A DNA stretch of 26,913 bases, taken from the IMG/VR virus record IMGVR_UViG_3300032373_000095, positions 1 through 26,913 of that record; one strand, written 5' to 3'. A model generated the notes under the pieces. The model saw only the letters and a program-made list of their open reading frames with translations, had not been told where the DNA came from and did not search any database. The position numbers and the translations under genes were made by a program. This document shows, one piece after another, positions 7,750 to 16,658 of this stretch (the first letter of the stretch is position 1; every line of letters begins with the position of its first letter). Source of the stretch: a virus (taxonomy: Duplodnaviria; Caudoviricetes).

Positions 7750-7959
7750 TTAGCCCCTTTCCAGAGTTACACGGGCAGAGATACTGAAATCTTCGTTTAC
7801 AACGTCGTCTATAGTTTCTCTTAAACTTGATTGCTTAAACATAGCGCCCATATCATTCCAGTGGGTTTGGTCCCTGAAAATAAAGTTTTCAAGTGTGGCA
7901 ATCCGCCCTAGCAGGGCTTTGATTGTTTCGTCTTGCTGTTTCTCTTTGTTGGTGTTCAT
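7750..7959 (-). CDS. Hypothetical protein (69 aa)
   Basis: Shared leader AAAGGCTAAGACC-ATG. Confidence 0.7.
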   Translation of the reverse strand: MNTNKEKQQDETIKALLGRIATLENFIFRDQTHWNDMGAMFKQSSLRETIDDVVNEDFSISARVTLERG

Positions 7960-8062
7960 GGTCTTAGCCTTTCAACGTGTATGAGGCAACATTATGCCGC
8001 CACTACCCAAAAAGCCCGATCAATCAAGATCAGGCTAAATGGTGCGATATGTCACACGGGGT

Positions 8063-8389
8063 TTATCTGTTTATGTTTGACCTTATTTCTTCCCGCAACT
8101 GATTGTATGTTCCGTTTTCAAAACAGTATGAGCCTAGAACCTCACAGCCTAGCTTAGCGTGGTCCAGGCGATAATCCGGGTCTGCGATATCACGGGCTTG
8201 CAAAATGTCTACAGCAATCAGAGGGAAGCCACTAAACCGAATGTAGTTTGCTTGCATGTTGCAATATCGGGCATATGTTTTGCGGGAGTAGCTAAACGCA
8301 GCCCCCGGTTTAACGGGGTTTGTTTTCAGGATGAAAGCTTGTTCCGTTTTGCATTGGTCAAACGTCCATTTCCATTTTGTGTCTAACAT
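8063..8389 (-). CDS. Hypothetical protein (about 108 aa)
   Basis: Start revised to ATG 8389 with GAGGG RBS, just after upstream stop. Confidence 0.6.
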   Translation of the reverse strand: MLDTKWKWTFDQCKTEQAFILKTNPVKPGAAFSYSRKTYARYCNMQANYIRFSGFPLIAVDILQARDIADPDYRLDHAKLGCEVLGSYCFENGTYNQLREEIRSNINR

Positions 8390-8393
8390 AATT

Positions 8394-8846
8394 TTATCCC
8401 TCTTCATTTGAGTAGGTTTCAATCCAGCGAGTTACACGTCTGTTAAATTCTTGATAGGCGCTCTGTAAGCTTTCGCAATATGAGCCGTTGTAGTAGTCAG
8501 GAGCCGTGTGTTCATTCACTGGCTGGCTGTATTCATGCACTACAAATTCATTCCGAATTGAACGGATGACAAAACCGGACTTTGTGTCAAATGACTGAGG
8601 GGGCTTGAGGAAACTGGCGAATGTGACTCCCTCTTCAAACAAGGGCTTATAGTCGATGTTAAAACAGCCATTCTCCCTTAACAGGGATTCGATTGCCTGT
8701 TCCGGGGTACTGAAAGACTTTCCACAGCCAAACCCCGGCAAGTCCAGATAATAACCTTCGGAGTCTTCTGAGACTGTTACAGCGCTGTTTAAAGCGTAGG
8801 CAGGGCTGGCGTGTTCTGATCTTACGATGAATTTAAGGTTTGTCAT
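8394..8846 (-). CDS. Hypothetical protein (150 aa)
   Basis: Start revised to ATG 8846 on the basis of leader AAAGGCTAAAACC-ATG. Confidence 0.7.
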   Translation of the reverse strand: MTNLKFIVRSEHASPAYALNSAVTVSEDSEGYYLDLPGFGCGKSFSTPEQAIESLLRENGCFNIDYKPLFEEGVTFASFLKPPQSFDTKSGFVIRSIRNEFVVHEYSQPVNEHTAPDYYNGSYCESLQSAYQEFNRRVTRWIETYSNEEG

Positions 8847-9115
8847 GGTTTTAGCCTTTGTTTTGAGTGGTTCTAATGTATGGCGTTCAGGCACAAGTGC
8901 CCGTGCCATCCTGTGTATTTCATTTTTACCTATCCGTCAACAGTTAAAATGGATCAGTGATATCAGGGGCTATGACAAAGTTAGTTTTAGTTTCTTGATT
9001 TAAATTCATGCTCTCGCTTGCTTGCCTGAAAGCGACCTTAGTCCGCCCTTGTCTAAACCTGTCAGAACTGGGGGAAGTTAAATTTAGTTATAACTAGCCT
9101 GCCCTAGTTTTAACA

Positions 9116-9127
9116 GATCACGTGATC
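9116..9127. repeat. Dispersed palindrome copy 4
   Basis: aaca-GATCACGTGATC-cact. Confidence 0.95.
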
Positions 9128-9418
9128 CACTACCCAGGCCGCACTGGTTTTAGTTAAATTTAAGCCTGTATTTAATCCGCCTATATATGGTTCTTGCTGG
9201 TTCGACTTCGGGGTGCCGCCCCCGCGCGTAATTCCAAGCCCCTGAAAGACCGCGCCAGAACAAATTACCAAAATAAAAATATAAAAAAGAAGATACACCA
9301 AGGCACACCTAGCTACCTCTGTGGTACGCCAACGTTCTACCCGCGTGGTACAACTTAGGACCACATTAATTGGACCTGAGTACAAAAAAGCTATATAAAC
9401 TGCGGGATACAGCCAAGG

Positions 9419-9448
9419 TTTACGCTAAACACCAGAATATGGTACAAT
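9419..9448 (+). promoter_or_regulatory. Putative promoter for packaging/structural operon
   Basis: TTTACG-18 bp-TACAAT with TG extension. Confidence 0.55.
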
Positions 9449-9486
9449 ATACCAAGGGAGTGGCCATATATAAGGAGGGCTAAACT

Positions 9487-9627
9487 GTGGAACCTTACGA
9501 AGAGGAAGCTTTTGAGATGGGAGACGGGTTAAATATGACGGATGTAAAAGCTTGCGCCGCTATAGCTTTTGTTCTGGTTGCTGTGTTCAGTCTTGGCATG
9601 CTGACAGGAGTTTGGATATGGAGGTGA
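9487..9627 (+). CDS. Small single-pass membrane protein (46 aa), not in ORF track
   Basis: AAGGAGG RBS, GTG start; MEPYEEEAFEMGDGLNMTDVKACAAIAFVLVAVFSLGMLTGVWIWR. Confidence 0.6.
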   Translation: MEPYEEEAFEMGDGLNMTDVKACAAIAFVLVAVFSLGMLTGVWIWR

Positions 9628-10286
9628 AGAGGGCATTCAGGGTTAAAAAGCCCCCAAAAATTATAGAAAAAAAGAAACGGGTGAAAAAGGTAGCTGCACC
9701 CCCGCCGAAACGTTTAATGCAACTGCCAAAGCTTAAGCCAAAGATGATCAACGCGATTGATAACTGGTTTAAGAATGGCGGTAATGCGTTGGAAGCTGCG
9801 AGAGAAGCTGGATATAGTGGTGCTGCTGTGTTTGGGCGGGAAGAAGTGCAGGCTGAAATAAATAAAAGACAAAATCGCCTGCGTAAAAAAACTGAAGTCA
9901 CCGAAGAGAGAGTTATAGCTGAATTGGCAAAGGTGGCCTTCGGTGGTATTGGTGACATGATTGAAGTAAATGAAGATGGCAGTGCTTATCTTGATTTTAA
10001 TGAGATGACAGCAGACCAGAGGGCAACAATCACAGAGTTTAGCAGCGACTCAACGTTTATAGGGCGGGGTAAGGGTAAGGCAAAGGTACTGAAGCAGCGT
10101 GTCAAGTTCGCAAGTAAGATGGATGCACTGCAACAGTTGTCCCGTATCCTCGGAATGAACCAGGACAAGACGACTGTTAAGTTGGAAGCTGATGAAGCTG
10201 TAGTAAATGCTTTGATGGCGGGGCGTAAACGTGCAGCACTGATCAGTAAGAATGCAACTGATGCAGACTTTGAAATGGTAGACTGA
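9618..10286 (+). CDS. terS: Terminase small subunit
   Basis: Start revised to ATG 9618 (AGGAG RBS); GNALEAAREAGYS HTH, ERVIAELAKVAF, KMDALQQLSRILGM; directly upstream of terL. Confidence 0.9.
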   Translation: MEVKRAFRVKKPPKIIEKKKRVKKVAAPPPKRLMQLPKLKPKMINAIDNWFKNGGNALEAAREAGYSGAAVFGREEVQAEINKRQNRLRKKTEVTEERVIAELAKVAFGGIGDMIEVNEDGSAYLDFNEMTADQRATITEFSSDSTFIGRGKGKAKVLKQRVKFASKMDALQQLSRILGMNQDKTTVKLEADEAVVNALMAGRKRAALISKNATDADFEMVD

Positions 10287-11869
10287 TGGCAAAACCCGGA
10301 AAGAAGTCCAAAGTCGAATTGGACGAAGAACTATCCAAAGACTCAGGATCGTTCTATCAAGACCCCCTTGGTTGGGTACTGTGGGCTTTCCCGTGGGATA
10401 CTGACCTGTCAATCCAGATGGTAGAGCTACAGGGGAAGTGGAAGAAGAGATACCCTGACTGTAAGTATGGGCCTGATGAATGGGCCTGCGAGTTCTTGTG
10501 GCAGTGGGGGCAAGAGATAAAGAAGCGGGGGTTTGATGGCGTCAACGCTGTAGACCCTATCCGCTTCAGTACAGTCTCAGGCCACGGTATCGGGAAGTCT
10601 ACCCTGACAGCGTGGCTAATCCTCTTCATCATGAGTACCCGCCCCTACTGTAAAGGCGTTGTCACTGCCGGTACAGATAACCAGTTGAAAACCAAAACGT
10701 GGTCAGAGCTTGGCAAGTGGTACGCCATATGCCTGACGCGGGACTGGTTCGACCTTGGTACAGGTCGCGGCGCGATGAATTTGACTCACCGCAAACACAA
10801 GATGACGTGGCGCACAGATGCCCTGACATCCCGCGCAGAGAACAGTGAAGCCTTCGCCGGTCTTCACGCAGCCAACAGCACCCCCTTCTATATCTTCGAT
10901 GAAGCGTCACAGATTGATGACGTTATCTACGAAGTGCGTGAGGGTGGCGGTACTGATGGTGAGCCAATGAGTTTTGACTTTGGTAACCCTACCCGTAACA
11001 GTGGCCGCTTCTTCGAGAACTGCGAGGGCGCATTCAAGCACAGGTACATCGTCAGACAGATTGATAGCCGGTCGGTACAGGTCACCAACAAGAAGCTGTT
11101 CAAAGAATGGTTGGAAGATTACGGCGAAGACAGTGACTTCTTCAAGGTCCGTGTACGTGGTATGTTCCCGTCAGCGGGCTCCCACCAGTTTATGCGAACT
11201 GATGAAGTCATCGCCGCACAGGAGCGGGAGGTTGTTGAAGACATAACAGCCCCCCTTGTTATAGGCGTTGACGTAGCCCGCTTCGGTGATGATGAGAGTG
11301 TCATATACCCACGCATAGGTAATGATTGCAGATCGTGGCCTATCGAACGGTACAAGGGAATTGACACAGTAGCCTTCACCGGCAGGATCGTGGCGTGTAT
11401 CAGGAAGTTCAGGCAGGCAGGCTATACAGTGTCCGCTATCTTCGTGGATGGCACAGGTATCGGTGGCGCTGTAGTGGATCAGTTGAGGCACCTTGGGTAC
11501 AACCCGATTGAAGTACAGTTTGGTAGCAGACCTATGGACAGTCTTGTGTATCGGTATAAGAGCGATGAACTGTGGGGCAACCTCAGAGATGCCATGCCTA
11601 ACCTGTGCCTTCCTGCACCAACGACCAAGGATGGTCTTGACCTTAAGTCAGACTTGACGAAACGTGAGTATGCATATACACTCACGGATCGCATTCATCT
11701 GGAAACAAAGAAGCTCATGAAAGAACGCGGCTTGGACTCCCCCGATCTGGCAGACGCACTGGCGCTAACGTTCACACAGGACGTTGCGCCAATTGTGCTT
11801 GACAGGTCTATGTCCAATCAGGCGAACACTGCACAAAGCGACTATGATCCTCTTGAGGCGGATTGGTGA
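10286..11869 (+). CDS. terL: Terminase large subunit
   Basis: Walker A SGHGIGKS, Walker B IFDEAS, GNP coupling motif, nuclease motifs GVDVARFGDD and SPDLADALALTF. Confidence 0.95.
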   Translation: MAKPGKKSKVELDEELSKDSGSFYQDPLGWVLWAFPWDTDLSIQMVELQGKWKKRYPDCKYGPDEWACEFLWQWGQEIKKRGFDGVNAVDPIRFSTVSGHGIGKSTLTAWLILFIMSTRPYCKGVVTAGTDNQLKTKTWSELGKWYAICLTRDWFDLGTGRGAMNLTHRKHKMTWRTDALTSRAENSEAFAGLHAANSTPFYIFDEASQIDDVIYEVREGGGTDGEPMSFDFGNPTRNSGRFFENCEGAFKHRYIVRQIDSRSVQVTNKKLFKEWLEDYGEDSDFFKVRVRGMFPSAGSHQFMRTDEVIAAQEREVVEDITAPLVIGVDVARFGDDESVIYPRIGNDCRSWPIERYKGIDTVAFTGRIVACIRKFRQAGYTVSAIFVDGTGIGGAVVDQLRHLGYNPIEVQFGSRPMDSLVYRYKSDELWGNLRDAMPNLCLPAPTTKDGLDLKSDLTKREYAYTLTDRIHLETKKLMKERGLDSPDLADALALTFTQDVAPIVLDRSMSNQANTAQSDYDPLEADW

Positions 11870-11885
11870 CATGGGATTTTTAGTA

Positions 11886-11897
11886 GATCACGTGATC
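11886..11897. repeat. Dispersed palindrome copy 5
   Basis: agta-GATCACGTGATC-tgtt. Confidence 0.95.
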
Positions 11898-11943
11898 TGT
11901 TTATTCAGCAGCACTACAGCGACAGTAACGAAGGAGCTAAAAA

Positions 11944-13593
11944 GTGCCAAGACTATATCACAGTAAATACTGTTACATCTTTGGCGGCGGATTTTTTGGT
12001 GGGTTCGGCGGATTTGGTGGGTTCGGTAGAGGCTCTGAGAGGGGCGGGTTTGAAGGTGACCTCGGTGAAGTAGAAGCTGGACCAGGTGGGGTAGATACAA
12101 GTGCAGGCGGTTTGGGTACGGGTATTGGTGACGGTGGTGACGCTGCCACAGGTGGGTTTGAAAGTGATCTTGGTGAAGTAGAAGCCGGACCTGAAGGTGT
12201 TGACACAAGTGCTGGTGGTCTGGGTACCGGCATTGGCGACGGCGGTGGTGACGCTGCCGGTGAAGGATTTGAAAGTGACCTCGGTGAAGTAGAAGCTGGA
12301 CCTGAAGGCGTTGATACAAGCGCAGGCGGCGTAGGCACTGGGATTGGAGAAGCTGAGGGTGATGAGGGTACGCCTGATTCTGTAGCTCCAACCCCCTCTT
12401 TAGCTACAGCACCTCCTGCTGACGAACAACAGGCACTGCCAGAGGCCGTTGAAGCACAACAGATTGACACAACACCCACCACAGCAGAACCGTCTACTGC
12501 CACGCTGGACACAGAAGACGATGATTCAATTTCTGTCAACCAGAACGCGCAGCAGGTAAACCCTGAAGCGCAAGAAGTAAACGTAGACATCGCAGAGACA
12601 GCACAGACAGCACCTCCCGGTGATGTTACGCCTGCCAACGATCCATCACAGTTTGATTTTGATACAGTCAACGTGGATCAGACTACGCAGAGCAACCTCG
12701 CGGGCATTTTCAGTAACCCAGATAACGTGGATGACGAGGGGAACATAAACGAGCAGGGCATGGCCGCTATGGCGCGTGGGCGTGATCAGGGGGGCTTGGG
12801 CAGGTTCTCTGCGGCTGCGGGGCTTGGTGGCGTCGGCATGTCCATGGCGGAAGCTGCGGGCCTTGCCAGCGCTGTAGGACCGGAAGGCACTGGGGGTGAA
12901 ATCATAAGCACACCAACCAGTGAGCTAAGCGCTGCCCAGATAGCGCAGCAGGTAGCTGCGAGTGAAACTGCTTCCCAGTATTCGCCAAGCTTCAGCTTTG
13001 CGGTAGAGACAGCGGCCAATGCGGTATTCGGCGGTTTAATCGGTGGCCTGCCAGGTGCAGTACAGGGAGCTTTAAGCTCAGCGCTTTCTGATAATGAAAC
13101 TGTTGACCAAGCAGTAAGTGATATATTCGGGTTCATTGATTTTGACAGTCTCCCTGACTTTGACGTTGACATAGGTTTTGATGTTGATATCAGTATGGAT
13201 GATGTCGCTGACTTCCTTTCAGGGTTGGGGGTAGAAGGACAGGCAGATTTCTTTGGCGATAACATAGCTGGCACAGGTGGAGGTTTTGGTGATCCACGCC
13301 CGCCAGTAGAACTAACCCCATTCCCGACAGTAGTGTACGCCCCAGGTGATGCTGTTGAAGCGACCGGCCCCAAGCTTACCCTTGATGATCTTGGCATAAG
13401 CGACGATCTAGGGATAGGTGACCTTGATGGTCTTGACGCTGGAGGTGGTGACGATGAGATTGCTACGTCTGTGGCAGCTATAAGGCGACGTATTCTTGGC
13501 AGCAACTTTGGCACTTCAAATATTCACACAGGCCCACAAGGCTTAACAGGGTCTGCGGCTAACATACGCAGCCTCCAACTGACAGGTAGTTGA
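11944..13593 (+). CDS. Gly/acidic low-complexity protein with tandem repeats, pre-portal position (probable virion protein)
   Basis: AAGGAG RBS, GTG start; C-terminal RRR...SNIHTGPQGL...LTG resembles small pre-portal proteins of related podoviruses. Confidence 0.75.
   Translation: MPRLYHSKYCYIFGGGFFGGFGGFGGFGRGSERGGFEGDLGEVEAGPGGVDTSAGGLGTGIGDGGDAATGGFESDLGEVEAGPEGVDTSAGGLGTGIGDGGGDAAGEGFESDLGEVEAGPEGVDTSAGGVGTGIGEAEGDEGTPDSVAPTPSLATAPPADEQQALPEAVEAQQIDTTPTTAEPSTATLDTEDDDSISVNQNAQQVNPEAQEVNVDIAETAQTAPPGDVTPANDPSQFDFDTVNVDQTTQSNLAGIFSNPDNVDDEGNINEQGMAAMARGRDQGGLGRFSAAAGLGGVGMSMAEAAGLASAVGPEGTGGEIISTPTSELSAAQIAQQVAASETASQYSPSFSFAVETAANAVFGGLIGGLPGAVQGALSSALSDNETVDQAVSDIFGFIDFDSLPDFDVDIGFDVDISMDDVADFLSGLGVEGQADFFGDNIAGTGGGFGDPRPPVELTPFPTVVYAPGDAVEATGPKLTLDDLGISDDLGIGDLDGLDAGGGDDEIATSVAAIRRRILGSNFGTSNIHTGPQGLTGSAANIRSLQLTGS
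12046..12348 (+). repeat. Three in-frame tandem repeats (periods 108 and 111 bp)
   Basis: Units start at 12046, 12154, 12265 encoding GFE(G/S)DLGEVEAGP(G/E)GVDTSAGG(L/V)GTGIG. Confidence 0.9.
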
Positions 13594-13595
13594 TC

Positions 13596-15284
13596 ATGCC
13601 AGCTAAAATTAACCTAAAAGACAAGAAGTACTTCAATCAGCGGAAGGCTTCTATGAAGACAGAGCGTGACAGCTTCATACCGCATTGGAAGGATTTGTCA
13701 AAGTTCGGCCAGCCCCGGCGCGGTCGCTTCCTCGTTTCAGACGTGAACAAGGGTTCGCCTAAATACTCATCTATCATTAACAGCCGTGCGACGATTGCAA
13801 CCCGTACAGCCGCTGCTGGTCTGGTGGCCGGTGTTATGTCTCCTTCCCGGCCATGGTACCAGTTGGGTACGTTTGACCCCGGTATGATGCAATTCAAGCC
13901 AGTTAAAGAGTGGTTGAATACTGCTGAGCTTACCATGCGTGAGATTTTTGCTGCGGGTAACCTGTACAAGATGGCACCGACTATGGCGTCAGAACTTCTG
14001 TTGTTTGGTACAGGTTCGATGTCTCAGGTAGATGACAACCAGGATATCTCTCGTTTCTTCACACATACAATCGGTAGCTACTCTGTGGCGCAGAACGAAC
14101 GTCTTGAGATTGATACCTACTGCCGTGAGTACCTGCGGACGGTAGCACAGATCATGGGCGAGTTTGGGTACAACAACGCCAGTCAACCCATTAAAGCGCT
14201 GTATGACAAGGGTGACTACGATAAGACTTCAACCATCGTGCATTATGTAGAACCTAACCCTTTCTTCAAAGAAGGCTCCCCCTTTGCTAAACATGCTGCG
14301 TTCCGGTCTGTGAAGTACGAACTTGGCGAAGATAACCAGCGCGGAAGCAACAGCGGGTACATCAAGGAGTCTGGTTTCAAACGTTTCCCTTTCTTCACTC
14401 CACGGTACGAAACCACGGGTGAAGATATCTACGGCACAAACTGCCCTGGTATGGTGGCGCTTGGCGATGTCAAGCAATTACAGACGCAGGAGAAGCGTAA
14501 GGCGCAAGGCATCGACAAACAAGTCAACCCACCGCTGCACGGTCCAGCATCCCTGAAGAACGTCCCTATCAGTTCTATGCCGGGAGGTCTTAACCTCTAT
14601 GACAGCGACCCCAACGGAAACACGCTTCGCCCAGTATACGAAGTTACGCCAGATGTCGCAGCCCTGTCCATGGACATGGATCGTGTAGAAGCCCGTATCA
14701 ACGAAGTCTTCTTTGTCGATTTGTTCATGGCCATCACCAACATGCGGGGTATCCAACCTAAAAACGAGATGGAACTTGCAGAGCGTAATGCAGAACGTCT
14801 GTTACAGCTTGGTCCGTTGTTGGAAAGCATCCACGGTGAATTTCTCAATCCGCTGATTGATAATACCTTTGACCGTATGATAGAGCTTGACATGCTGCCC
14901 CCACCTCCACAGGAGCTCGCAGGACAGCCTTTGAAGATATCCTATGTCTCAACCCTCGCCAAAGCCCAGAAGTCTGTTGAGACGGGCGGGGTGGAGCGTG
15001 TGGCAGGGTTCGTGTCTGCACTGGTTGAAGGGGGCAAAGCAGAAGCTCTTGATAAGCTTGACGCGGATAAAGCAATTGATATTTACGCTGATGCTGTTGG
15101 TACACCCCCTTCTATTATTCGTTCTGCTGAAGAGGTTGCAGAAATTCGCCAGAAGAGGGCGGAACAACAGGAACGTCAGCGACGGCTTGAGCAAGAAAAC
15201 ATGGCATCTGAAACTGCTGGCAATTTGGCGGAAGCTGATATGTCAGGTGATAACGCTTTAACGAGGGCAACAGCGAATGGCTAA
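13596..15284 (+). CDS. Portal protein (head-tail connector, T7 gp8/BPP-1 type)
   Basis: SPSRPW, LLFGTG, GEDIYG..PGMVALGDVKQLQ, ERLLQLGPLLE, ISYVSTLAKAQK motifs; size and position. Confidence 0.92.
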   Translation: MPAKINLKDKKYFNQRKASMKTERDSFIPHWKDLSKFGQPRRGRFLVSDVNKGSPKYSSIINSRATIATRTAAAGLVAGVMSPSRPWYQLGTFDPGMMQFKPVKEWLNTAELTMREIFAAGNLYKMAPTMASELLLFGTGSMSQVDDNQDISRFFTHTIGSYSVAQNERLEIDTYCREYLRTVAQIMGEFGYNNASQPIKALYDKGDYDKTSTIVHYVEPNPFFKEGSPFAKHAAFRSVKYELGEDNQRGSNSGYIKESGFKRFPFFTPRYETTGEDIYGTNCPGMVALGDVKQLQTQEKRKAQGIDKQVNPPLHGPASLKNVPISSMPGGLNLYDSDPNGNTLRPVYEVTPDVAALSMDMDRVEARINEVFFVDLFMAITNMRGIQPKNEMELAERNAERLLQLGPLLESIHGEFLNPLIDNTFDRMIELDMLPPPPQELAGQPLKISYVSTLAKAQKSVETGGVERVAGFVSALVEGGKAEALDKLDADKAIDIYADAVGTPPSIIRSAEEVAEIRQKRAEQQERQRRLEQENMASETAGNLAEADMSGDNALTRATANG

Positions 15285-15639
15285 TGACGAATTTGATCCA
15301 GACGAACCTCTTGAAGAAGACCTTGAGGTAGACGAGAAGGCTGAGAAGAAAAAGGCAAAGAAGAAAGCCCGGAAAGCCAAAGCGACAGAACAACTTAAGT
15401 ACAAGGCAGTTCTTGATACATACCAGGGGCGAGAGCTTATATGGGATATACTGTCACACTCTAAAGTGTTCCAGCAGTCTTATGTAGCGGACGATCAGGG
15501 TGGACGTAAGTCAGCGTTCAACGAGGGGCGCAGGCATGAAGGGATGTGGCTTATGGCCAACGTCTTTACTTATTACCCTGAATCGTATAGTCTGATGCAG
15601 CAGGAAGCAACAGACAGAGAAGAAGCAGCAAAAAAGTAG
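15277..15639 (+). CDS. Conserved post-portal protein (Bbp19-like)
   Basis: GRELIWDIL...SAFNEGRR.EG motif, position after portal. Confidence 0.8.
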   Translation: MANDEFDPDEPLEEDLEVDEKAEKKKAKKKARKAKATEQLKYKAVLDTYQGRELIWDILSHSKVFQQSYVADDQGGRKSAFNEGRRHEGMWLMANVFTYYPESYSLMQQEATDREEAAKK

Positions 15640-15650
15640 ATCACGTGATC
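15639..15650. repeat. Dispersed palindrome copy 6
   Basis: agta-GATCACGTGATC-cact, overlapping the TAG stop. Confidence 0.95.
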
Positions 15651-15671
15651 CACTAAACAAGGGATAGAGAA

Positions 15672-15854
15672 ATGCCTAGCAAGACACAGAAAGCGGCTGA
15701 AAAGTTACGGGCGGCGCGTAAAAGAAAAGAAAAGAAAGAAGCCGAAGAAGCTCAACTTCAAGCTGCTGCAAACTCAGTTGCCAGGCAGACACAAGAAGCA
15801 GAAGCAAAACGTAAGCGAACGGTAAAACGCTTCAATAAAAGCGGTGTTAAATAG
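15672..15854 (+). CDS. Small basic helical protein (60 aa)
   Basis: Leader nearly identical to that of the scaffold gene. Confidence 0.65.
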   Translation: MPSKTQKAAEKLRAARKRKEKKEAEEAQLQAAANSVARQTQEAEAKRKRTVKRFNKSGVK

Positions 15855-15877
15855 TCCACTAAACAGGGGATAGAGAA

Positions 15878-16645
15878 ATGAAAATTTATGGAATGGGTTG
15901 GGAAGCAGTGCTACGGTCACCTGATGATGAGGGTGCTGGTGGCGGCGAAGGCACGGGCGGCGAAGGCACGGGCGACACAGATCAGGGCGGCACTGATGAC
16001 ACTGCTTTGGGCGGCGGTGGCGATGGTGAAGAAGATAGCGGTTCCGCTTTAGGCGGGAAAGCAAAAGAATCCGAAGGCGAAGGAGCCAAGGATAAAGAAG
16101 GCGGTGAAGGTAACTCAGACACGGACAGCGATGCTGACGGCGAGAGTGGTGGAGCCCCTGAAGCCTATGCAGACTTCACAGTACCCGAAGGTGTTACTCT
16201 TGATGAAAAGCTCTTAACCGGGTTTAAAGAGTGGGCCAAGGCTAACGATGTCTCTCAAGCTGCGGCTCAAGAGATGGTCGATAACCAGGTCGCACATGAC
16301 CAGCGGGTTGCGAAGGATGGTGAAGAAGCGCAAGAAGCCAAGACTGTAAAGCAAAACAAGGAATGGGTTCAGGCGCAGAAAGATCATCCTGAGTACGGAG
16401 GTGCGGACCATGCTGACAATGTTCAACATGCCCGTGTCGCTGTGAACGAACTGGGCGGTCAAGAGCTTAGAGACGCAATCAGTGAGGCGGGGGTTGGAGA
16501 ACAGCCCGTCCTGTGGGCTGCGTTTGTTAAGCTTGGTAAACTCATGGCCGATGATACAATTGACCTTGGGGATGCCAACAAGGAGCTAAGCAAACATGAG
16601 CGTGTAACGCGCTTGTTCCCAAACAGTAACCTTCAACAAAACTAA
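15878..16645 (+). CDS. Capsid scaffolding protein
   Basis: Acidic Gly-rich N-half, APEAYADFTVPEG motif, C-terminal KLGKLMADD...RLFPN; directly upstream of capsid. Confidence 0.85.
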   Translation: MKIYGMGWEAVLRSPDDEGAGGGEGTGGEGTGDTDQGGTDDTALGGGGDGEEDSGSALGGKAKESEGEGAKDKEGGEGNSDTDSDADGESGGAPEAYADFTVPEGVTLDEKLLTGFKEWAKANDVSQAAAQEMVDNQVAHDQRVAKDGEEAQEAKTVKQNKEWVQAQKDHPEYGGADHADNVQHARVAVNELGGQELRDAISEAGVGEQPVLWAAFVKLGKLMADDTIDLGDANKELSKHERVTRLFPNSNLQQN

Positions 16646-16658
16646 GAGGTAACTCAAA

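Noticed and set aside
8912-8940. Leftward promoter TTGACG-17 bp-TACACA
   Set aside because: Good -35 but poor -10; plausible yet not supported enough to list.
1245-8969. ATATCA(A)GGGG-like motif at 1245, 2494, 3344 and 8960
   Set aside because: Short, variable and largely explained by promoter, RBS or terminator stems.
9196-9212. GGTTCGACT resembling a tRNA T-loop
   Set aside because: Weak stem; no anticodon arm, acceptor stem or CCA found.
11871-11966. 31-aa ORF MGFLVDHVI... after terL
   Set aside because: Very short, overlaps the next gene start, no recognisable features.
11973-13514. Long antisense Pro/Ser-rich ORFs (232 and 242 aa)
   Set aside because: Mirror of the Gly-rich plus-strand gene.
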